Source of the DNA: Elusimicrobiota bacterium
GTDB lineage: Bacteria > Elusimicrobiota > Elusimicrobia > Elusimicrobiales > UBA9959
DNA: 31,103 nucleotides
Assembly (NCBI GenBank): GCA_027340875.1
Contig: DAIENX010000112.1
Span: 1 to 31,103 of the forward strand
Reading direction: 5' to 3'
The position numbers and the translations under genes were made by a program. This document shows positions 24,506 through 31,103 of the stretch, piece by piece (position 1 is the stretch's first letter; each line of letters starts with the position of its first letter). Below the pieces are notes generated by a model. That model was not told where the DNA came from and made no database searches. It saw only the letters and a list, made by a program, of their open reading frames with translations.

Positions 24506-25870
24506 ATGCGACTCTTAAGAATAGGAACGCTGCTGCTGATGGCCGCGCCCGCCTGCGCGGGAGGCCCGGGCACCACCGCGGCCAATTTCCTGAAGATACC
24601 GGTGGGCGCCAGAGAGACGGCGCTCGGAGGGGCCTTCACGGCCGTGGCGGAGGGCCCGGGCGCGGTCTTCTACAACCCGGCCGGACTCTCGCAGCTCGAC
24701 GTGATGGAGCTCGGTTACTCCTATAACAACTATTTCTCCGGAATTTCCCAGCACACGGCCTCCGCGGCGCTGCCGCGCGGCAGCGGCGCCTGGGGGCTGG
24801 GGCTGAACTATTTCCAGGTGGGGGCCTTCGATTCCTACGACGCGGCGGACAACAGGACCGGCAGCGTGTCCGCTTACGGCGCCGAGGTGGTCCTGGGCTA
24901 CGGCGGCGCGCTGCGCACCGGCCTGGCCGCCGCTCCCTCGCTGCGCTACGGCGCGGCCGCCAAGTACTTGCTGGAGAGCCTCGACGACAAGAGCGCCGAC
25001 GGCGCCGCGCTGGACGCCGGCGTGCTGCTGCAGGCCGGCCTGCCGGGGCTCGGTTTCGGAGCGGCGGTGCAGAACGCCGCGGCCAGCCGGCTCGACTTCT
25101 ACGGCTCCGGCGCCAGGCCGGCCCGGACGTTCAAGACCGGCCTTTCCTACCGCGCCGGCGGCAAGCCGGTGTCGGGGCTGCTCACGGCCGAGCTGGCCTT
25201 CCCGGAGGACGGGAAACAGTACTTTTCCGGCGGCGTCGAGGGCAGGCTTTACGGCGCCGTCTACCTGAGGGCCGGCTACACCGCCTACGGCGACGTCTCC
25301 GGCGGGCTCACCTTCGGGGCCGGCATAGACATGCCGGCGCGCCTGGGCCGCGGAGTGCGCCTCGACTATTCCTTCGGCTCCACCTACGACCTCGGCAATA
25401 TACACCGGTTCGGCCTGACCTACCGCTTTGACAAGCTGCCCGGCGGGGCGCTTACCGAGGCCCTTGCCAGCGAGCCGGTCCCGAAGGACCCGGCGGCCGT
25501 GCCTCCTTCCAAGCTGGACGACCTTTACGGCTACGACCTGGACAAGTCCATAGCCGCAGCAGAGGCCCTGGCTGCCGACTGTACACCCAAAATACTGCAG
25601 CATTTCTCGTCGCTACTTAACTCGGGCCGCGCCGAATGGAAGAAGTCCGCCCTGCGCGGCCTGGCGGTATGCGGCGCCCCTGGGGCGGCGGACCTGCTCA
25701 AGACCGGTCTGCGCGACCAGAACCCGGGAGTGCGCGCCCAGGCCGCCGCGGCCCTCGGCGCGAAGGGTGGGGGCGACAGCGTAGCCGTGCTGCAGCAGGA
25801 CCTGAAGGACGAGGAGTCCGACGAGGTTAAGGGGGCCATCCTGGAAGCACTGGGGAAGGCCCAGAGATAA
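24506..25870 (+). CDS. PorV/PorQ (UPF0164)-like beta-barrel with C-terminal HEAT repeats
   Basis: FLKIPVGARETALGGAFTAVA...FYNPAGL N-terminal signature; barrel end LGNIHRFGLTYRF; HEAT-like LRDQNPGVRAQAAAALG and LKDEESDEVKGAILEALG. TATAAT at 24467-24472. Confidence 0.82.
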   Translation: MRLLRIGTLLLMAAPACAGGPGTTAANFLKIPVGARETALGGAFTAVAEGPGAVFYNPAGLSQLDVMELGYSYNNYFSGISQHTASAALPRGSGAWGLGLNYFQVGAFDSYDAADNRTGSVSAYGAEVVLGYGGALRTGLAAAPSLRYGAAAKYLLESLDDKSADGAALDAGVLLQAGLPGLGFGAAVQNAAASRLDFYGSGARPARTFKTGLSYRAGGKPVSGLLTAELAFPEDGKQYFSGGVEGRLYGAVYLRAGYTAYGDVSGGLTFGAGIDMPARLGRGVRLDYSFGSTYDLGNIHRFGLTYRFDKLPGGALTEALASEPVPKDPAAVPPSKLDDLYGYDLDKSIAAAEALAADCTPKILQHFSSLLNSGRAEWKKSALRGLAVCGAPGAADLLKTGLRDQNPGVRAQAAAALGAKGGGDSVAVLQQDLKDEESDEVKGAILEALGKAQR

Positions 25871-25871
25871 T

Positions 25872-26396
25872 ATGAGGATACTGCTCATCTCCCTTTTCGC
25901 GATCGCGGCGAACCCGGCCGGCGCGGCCATGACCGGCGGGGTCTTCAGCGTGCCGCTGGTGTCTCCGCTTTCCGGAGGCGGCTCGTCCTCCGGGGGCGCT
26001 TACTCTGTATCCTCCAGCGTCGGCGCACCCGCATATTCTTCCTCGTCCCCGTCCGGCGGTTCCTTCACCCTTTATTCCGGCGGCGGCTCGGCCTTGCTGG
26101 TCATAACCGATACAGCCAGGGGTGACCTTGGCGCCGCGCACTGCTACCCTGTGCCTTTCAAGAGCGCCCTCGGGCATACGAAGATAACCTTCACCGGCCT
26201 CACCCGCTCGGCGGTAGTGCGTGTCTACACCGTCAGCGGCGAGCTGGTGCGCACGCTGGAGAAGAACGATAACGGCGAGACGCTGGACTGGGACCTGCGG
26301 AACTCGCGCGGCCAGCAGGTGGCCAGCGGGGTCTACGTCTACGTGGTGAAGAGCGGCTCGCAGAAGAACAACGGCAAACTGATGGTCATCTGGTAG
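25872..26396 (+). CDS. Small secreted protein with a T9SS type-A CTD / FlgD-Ig-like C-terminal domain
   Basis: Signal peptide, G/S-rich N-terminal half, then YPVPF...VRVYTVSGELVRTL...WDLRNSRGQQVASGVYVYVV...GKLMVIW. Confidence 0.8.
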   Translation: MRILLISLFAIAANPAGAAMTGGVFSVPLVSPLSGGGSSSGGAYSVSSSVGAPAYSSSSPSGGSFTLYSGGGSALLVITDTARGDLGAAHCYPVPFKSALGHTKITFTGLTRSAVVRVYTVSGELVRTLEKNDNGETLDWDLRNSRGQQVASGVYVYVVKSGSQKNNGKLMVIW

Positions 26397-26412
26397 GGAT
26401 AGCGGAGACAAT

Positions 26413-27768
26413 ATGAAGAACAGAGCGTCATACATTAAATTCCTGGCCCTGGCCGCGCTGCTGGCGGCGCCGCAGGCGCGCGCCGGAGCGCCGCTGAAGC
26501 TGAACTTCCAGGGGCGCCTGGACCAGAGCGGCCAGCCCGCCGAGGGCAGCAAGACCTTCGTCTTCAAGATCTACGACGTGATCTCCGGAGGTACGGCCCG
26601 CTGGACCAGCGCGTCGCAGGCCATAGACGTCTCCAACGGCCTTTTCAGCGCGGTGCTCTCCACCGGCACCCCGGCCGATCTTTCCACCGCCACCTTCTCG
26701 GGGGCCCGCTACATAGAGATAGCCGTGGACGGGGTGCCGCTCTCCCCGCGCCAGGAGCTGGTCTCCGCGCCTTACGCGCTGGTGGCGCAGTCCCTGGCTC
26801 CGGACGCGGAGCTGCCGCCGGCCGCCATAACTGACGGTTCGGTCACCGACGTTAAGGTGCTGCTGACCACGGCCGCTATAAGCTCCGGCAAGTTCGGCAA
26901 CGACCGGGTGGCGATAACCACGAACGCCGTCAGCGGCCTCAGCGCCCTGGCAACTGGCGGCTCGGAGATCGACCCGGTCTTCACGGCCGCGCCGGCCTAC
27001 GCTATAAACGCCTCGAGCGTGACCAACTGGAACGCGGCGTACGCCTGGGGCAGCCACGCCGGCCTGTACCTGGCCGCGCCGGCCACGTTCACCTATGTCT
27101 CCGCCGAGACCGACCCGGTCTTCACGGCCGCGCCCGCCTACGCGATAAACGCCTCGAGCGTGACCAACTGGAACGCGGCGTACGGCTGGGGAAACCACGC
27201 CGCCGCGGGCTACGCCACTACTACGCAGGTCAATACCGCGCTGGCCTCCTACGCCGCCCTCTCCGCCACGCAGACGTTCACCGGGGTAAATACGTTCTCC
27301 TCCACTGCGGCCTTCACCTCCCAGTCCGGCTCTCAGCCGGGCGTGACCATCTCTTCCGGACTTGTCGTTTCGGCAGGGAGCGTGGGCGTGGGGACCGCTT
27401 CCCCTAACTCCGCGCTTACCGTCAACGGTTCCATGTCGCTGCCGATAAAGACCATAACGATAACGAACTCTCCGTACGCTGTCACGGGAGCGGACAGCAC
27501 CATACTGGTGAACGCAGCGTCCTCCGGTGCCGAGCTGTTCCTGGACCTGCCGGACGCCGCCGGGGTCAAGGGCAGGATCTACACGATGAAGCGGCTGGAC
27601 GATCCCGCGGCGATCGGGGCGTTCCCGGTCACCATACGGCCCTCCGGGGTGCAGACCATAGACGGGCTGGCGACTCTGCAGCTGGTCGCCATGCAGTGGG
27701 TGTCGGTGGTCATCCAGAGCACCGGCTCCAACTGGGTGATCCTGTCCGTCTACGACGTGGCGATCTAG
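26413..27768 (+). CDS. Secreted fibre/adhesin-like protein with internal repeats
   Basis: Signal peptide; LNFQGRL...FKIYD...NGLFSAVL...PRQELVSAPYAL N-domain; two ExDPVF...WNAAYxWGxHA repeats; VGVGTASPNSALTVNGS motif; tail-fibre-like C-terminus (LPDAAGVKGRIYTMKR...QTIDG...SNWVI). Confidence 0.75.
   Translation: MKNRASYIKFLALAALLAAPQARAGAPLKLNFQGRLDQSGQPAEGSKTFVFKIYDVISGGTARWTSASQAIDVSNGLFSAVLSTGTPADLSTATFSGARYIEIAVDGVPLSPRQELVSAPYALVAQSLAPDAELPPAAITDGSVTDVKVLLTTAAISSGKFGNDRVAITTNAVSGLSALATGGSEIDPVFTAAPAYAINASSVTNWNAAYAWGSHAGLYLAAPATFTYVSAETDPVFTAAPAYAINASSVTNWNAAYGWGNHAAAGYATTTQVNTALASYAALSATQTFTGVNTFSSTAAFTSQSGSQPGVTISSGLVVSAGSVGVGTASPNSALTVNGSMSLPIKTITITNSPYAVTGADSTILVNAASSGAELFLDLPDAAGVKGRIYTMKRLDDPAAIGAFPVTIRPSGVQTIDGLATLQLVAMQWVSVVIQSTGSNWVILSVYDVAI
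26965..27201 (+). repeat. Intragenic 96-bp direct repeat, two copies, 141-bp period
   Basis: 26965-27060 versus 27106-27201, 90/96 identical and in frame. Confidence 0.92.
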
Positions 27769-27931
27769 CGGTCCCGCGCCGGAACGGTCCGCCGCCGCCT
27801 TTCCCGGCCAGGTTGACGGAGACAGTCGGTCGTCTTTATTTATATAATTTGTGAATGTGCGGACGCGGCGGGACCGTAATGCCCGCCGGGTTTCCGCTGT
27901 TCAAACTCTATCCCGGAACTGGAAACTCTAA

Positions 27932-30900
27932 ATGTACCTCAAAGCGCTCGAGATCTACGGTTTCAAATCCTTTGCCAACAAGGTCAAGCTGCCGCTGAAA
28001 CCCGGCATCACCTGCATAGTCGGCCCCAACGGCTGCGGCAAATCCAACGTGGTCGACTCGATCAAGTGGTGCATAGGCGAGATGAGCTGGAAGTCGCTGC
28101 GCATGCCGTCCATGATGGACGTGATCTTCGCCGGCACGACCAAGCGCCAGCAGCTCAATATGGGCGAGGTCTCGATGACCTTCGATAATTCCTCGCGCAA
28201 GCTGCCTCTCGATTTCGAAGAGGTCTCGGTCACCCGCAAGATCTACCGCTCCGAGGAGTCGGAGTACTTCATCAACAAGGTGCAGTGCCGCCTGAAGGAC
28301 ATCCGCGAGATGTTCCTGGACACCGGCATCGGTACGGACGGCTACGCGATCATCGACCAGGGCGAGGTGGAGACGGTGCTGAACGCCACCGCCGAGCAGC
28401 GCCGCGAGCTGTTCGAGGAGGCCGCCGGCGTCTCCAAGTACAAGGCCAAGCGCGAGGAGGCCGGCCGCAAGCTGGAGAAGGTGGATGCCGACCTGAACCG
28501 CCTCGCCGACAGCATGGTGCTGCTGGATGAGCAGATCAAGAAGCTCGACAAGGAGGCCGCGAAGGCCCGCCTGCAGGCCAAATACAAAGACGAACTGACC
28601 GGCGCCGAGGTGGCGGTGCTGCTGAAGGACAGCGACGATTTCGCGGCGAAGTCCGCTGCGGCCGCCGAGCGGCTGGAGCCCGTGAAGAAGGAGCTCGAGG
28701 AGATCGCGGTGGCGATAACCGGCCTCGAGGGCGAGATAGCCGCCCTGAACCTCACGCTGACACAGAAGACCGAGGAACAGCGCGTGCTGAAGGAGGCCAT
28801 CAGCACGGTCAAGACCGACAAGGTGCAGGCCGAGGGCAAGATAGTCCACGGCGAGGAGACGCTGGCCGACATAGCCAGGCAGCGCGAGCAGCTCGAGGTC
28901 TCGGAGAAGCGCAACGCCGAGAAGCTGGCCGCCACCGAACCGCGCATCGAGGAACTCCGCGCGAAACTCTCCTCCGACGAAGGCGGGCTGCCGGCCCTGC
29001 AGGCCGAATACGACGCCGCGGCCAGGGCGCTGGCCGAGGTCAGCACGCAGATGCAGGCCGCCGACGAGGCCGCCGAGAAGCTGGGCCGCGAGATGAACGA
29101 GGCCTATTCCCGCGAGGTTGACATCTCCAACAAGATAGCCGTGACAGGCTCGAATATAGGCCATTTCAACGAGGCCAAGGGAGGCCTCGAGAAGGACATG
29201 GAGGAGATCGGCGCAGCCGTGGCCGCGATAGAGGCCCGCATAGCCGGCCTCAGGGAGCGCTCGTCCGTCCTCACGGCCGAGCTTGCCGCCGAGAAGGGTA
29301 AGGCCGCGGCCGCCGAGGCCCGCGCCAGGGAACTCGCCGCCAGGCTGGACCAGATAGACGCCAGACAGGCGGAGATACGCGAGAGGAAGGCCTGGGACCA
29401 GAGCCGCCTGGAGGCGATACTCGCCCAAGGCGAGCACGATTCCTACTGGGTAGGCATCAACAGCGTGCTGAACTCCGGGGTTGCCGGCGTCAGGGGCACG
29501 CTGCGCCACCTGCTGTCCATGCGCAAGGAGGACCGGGTGCCCGTGGACGAGGCCCTCGGCCGGTTCATGGACTCCATAGTCTGCGACACCGCCGCCGCCG
29601 CCGAGGAGGCCATAGGCTACCTCAGGCATATAGGCAAGGGCCGCTGCCGCTTCCTGATACTCGAAAAGGTCCCGGCCCCCGCCGCCCAGGACGCCTGGAG
29701 CGCGCCCGGCACGCAGAAGGTGCTGGACAAGATCTCCTGCGACCCGCAGTACCGCCCGCTGGTGGAGGGCCTGCTCTCCGGGGTCTACGCCGCCGGCGGC
29801 GCCGTGCACGGCCCGTTCTGGATGACCGGCGGCGTGGAGGAGGTCGTCTCCAACGAGCCGTACTGGGAGGAGGGCGACGACCTCAAGGAGCAGATCAGGA
29901 AGCTCGAGGAGGAGAACCAGGCCCTCGAGGCGGAGAAGGCCTCGCTACAGCCGCGGCTGGAGACCGCCCGCGCGGAGGAGGCCGCCGCGGAGGAGAAGGC
30001 CAGGACCATAGACATAGAGTTCCACAAGAACGGCACCGAGGTGACCGGCGCCGAGGAAGACCTTAAGCTCAAGCGCGAGAACCTGGCGCTGGCCCGCTCC
30101 GAGAAGGAGAAGGCCGAGAACGACATAGTGCGGGCCGAGGCCGAGTTCGCGGCCCTGCAGGAGGACAAGCAGGCAGCTGCCGCAGCCACCGAGACCAGGC
30201 GGGCCGAGCAGGCCGCGCTGGGCGAGCGCAAGGACGCGCTGCACCAGGACTTCGCGCACAAGAAGGAGGAGCTGGGCACCCGCAAGGCCAACCTGGACAA
30301 CTACCGCCAGAACCTCGAGGCGCTGAAGGGCGAACTGGCCCGCGCCGAGGGCGACCTGGCCTCGCTGACCGAGGAGAAATCCCATTTCGAGGGCCAGCGC
30401 GCCGAACTGGCCGCACGCTCGGCCAGGTATTCCGCCGAGATAGAGGCCGCGAAGGTCAGGAACGCGGAACTGATGCACGACCTGGCCGAGAAGGAGATCA
30501 TCGACCGCGCGATGGAGGACGAGCTCAACGTGATGCGCGGCGACCTCGCCCGCCTGAACGCTAACGTCAGCGATAACCGCTCCCTCTCGGCTGAGAACGA
30601 GCGTATCCGCTACCAGATAGAGACCGAGCTGGCCACGATAGCCGCGCGCGCCGAGGAGACCGCCAAGCGCATGCAGGAGGAGTGGAACGTGACGCCGGCG
30701 GAGGCCCGCGAGCGCTACGCCGGGGTGGCGGCGGACCACGACCGCGTGCTGTTCCTGCGCCGCCGCATCCAGGAGATGGGCAACGTCAACATGACGGCCC
30801 CGGAGGAGTACGAGGCGCTGACGCAGCGCTACAACTTCATGAACTCGCAGGTGGAGGACCTGAACCGCGCGAAGGCGGACCTGCGCTCGGCCATCAACAA

Positions 30901-31103
30901 GATCAACGACACCACCCGCGAGAACTTCAAGGCCACGTACGACAAGGTGCGCGGCTACTTCAAGGAGATATACTCGCTGCTGTTCAACGGCGGCGAGGCG
31001 GACCTGATCCTGACGATGCCGGACAACCTGCTGGAGACCGGCGTGGAGATCATGGCGCATCCGCCCGGCAAGAAGCTCGTCAGCATCTCGCAGCTCTCCG
31101 GCG
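27932..31103 (+). CDS. smc: Chromosome segregation protein SMC (runs off the window end; absent from the ORF track)
   Basis: ATG 27932 MYLKALEIYGFKSFA, Walker A IVGPNGCGKSNVVD, DVIFAGT, Q-loop IIDQG, coiled coils, hinge (GKGRCRFL), MGNVN, and PPGKKLVSISQLSG signature at the window edge. Confidence 0.97.
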   Translation, partial: MYLKALEIYGFKSFANKVKLPLKPGITCIVGPNGCGKSNVVDSIKWCIGEMSWKSLRMPSMMDVIFAGTTKRQQLNMGEVSMTFDNSSRKLPLDFEEVSVTRKIYRSEESEYFINKVQCRLKDIREMFLDTGIGTDGYAIIDQGEVETVLNATAEQRRELFEEAAGVSKYKAKREEAGRKLEKVDADLNRLADSMVLLDEQIKKLDKEAAKARLQAKYKDELTGAEVAVLLKDSDDFAAKSAAAAERLEPVKKELEEIAVAITGLEGEIAALNLTLTQKTEEQRVLKEAISTVKTDKVQAEGKIVHGEETLADIARQREQLEVSEKRNAEKLAATEPRIEELRAKLSSDEGGLPALQAEYDAAARALAEVSTQMQAADEAAEKLGREMNEAYSREVDISNKIAVTGSNIGHFNEAKGGLEKDMEEIGAAVAAIEARIAGLRERSSVLTAELAAEKGKAAAAEARARELAARLDQIDARQAEIRERKAWDQSRLEAILAQGEHDSYWVGINSVLNSGVAGVRGTLRHLLSMRKEDRVPVDEALGRFMDSIVCDTAAAAEEAIGYLRHIGKGRCRFLILEKVPAPAAQDAWSAPGTQKVLDKISCDPQYRPLVEGLLSGVYAAGGAVHGPFWMTGGVEEVVSNEPYWEEGDDLKEQIRKLEEENQALEAEKASLQPRLETARAEEAAAEEKARTIDIEFHKNGTEVTGAEEDLKLKRENLALARSEKEKAENDIVRAEAEFAALQEDKQAAAAATETRRAEQAALGERKDALHQDFAHKKEELGTRKANLDNYRQNLEALKGELARAEGDLASLTEEKSHFEGQRAELAARSARYSAEIEAAKVRNAELMHDLAEKEIIDRAMEDELNVMRGDLARLNANVSDNRSLSAENERIRYQIETELATIAARAEETAKRMQEEWNVTPAEARERYAGVAADHDRVLFLRRRIQEMGNVNMTAPEEYEALTQRYNFMNSQVEDLNRAKADLRSAINKINDTTRENFKATYDKVRGYFKEIYSLLFNGGEADLILTMPDNLLETGVEIMAHPPGKKLVSISQLSG

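Noticed and set aside
26965..27201. Possible diversity-generating retroelement TR/VR pair
   Set aside because: Mismatches are not confined to adenines of one copy, both copies are in frame within one gene, and no reverse transcriptase is in the window.
27843..27998. Possible leaderless upstream ORF (TATAAT 27843-27848, ATG 27855) overlapping the smc start out of frame
   Set aside because: No recognisable product and atypical codons; more simply the smc promoter with an untranslated leader. It cannot be supported without Ribo-seq.
27908..31060. Long minus-strand ORFs 27908-29809 and 29945-31060
   Set aside because: Antisense shadows of smc, which occupies the plus strand from 27932 and is missing from the ORF track because it has no stop in the window.

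Overview
GC-rich bacterial chromosomal segment from a diderm organism. The gene mix suggests Elusimicrobiota, but that is inference and not verifiable here. It contains two minus-strand tRNAs (Asp-GTC, Val-TAC) and a DUF2608/HAD-like secreted protein. A fabG / tandem-TetR / atypical fabH-like operon is followed by a secreted alpha/beta hydrolase, an orphan ECF sigma factor, an IspH-UbiA-like fusion and uvrB. Next come a three-gene block (outer-membrane protein, helical secreted protein, hybrid histidine kinase), nadC-birA-queG, and mltA-namZ plus a stand-alone receiver protein. The window ends with a six-gene cell-surface cluster (FecR-domain protein, two probable outer-membrane proteins, PorV-like barrel with HEAT repeats, small T9SS-CTD/FlgD-Ig protein, fibre-like repeat protein) and a 3'-truncated smc. 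Most notable are: (1) the T9SS-like PorV / CTD-adaptor / fibre module; (2) a family of highly structured intergenic repeats with compensatory base changes, two related to tRNA-Val; (3) a FabH homologue that lacks the decarboxylation His and Asn; (4) apparently pervasive leaderless transcription; (5) an SMC with a shortened, non-canonical hinge. All family assignments come from motif recognition by eye; no searches were run.
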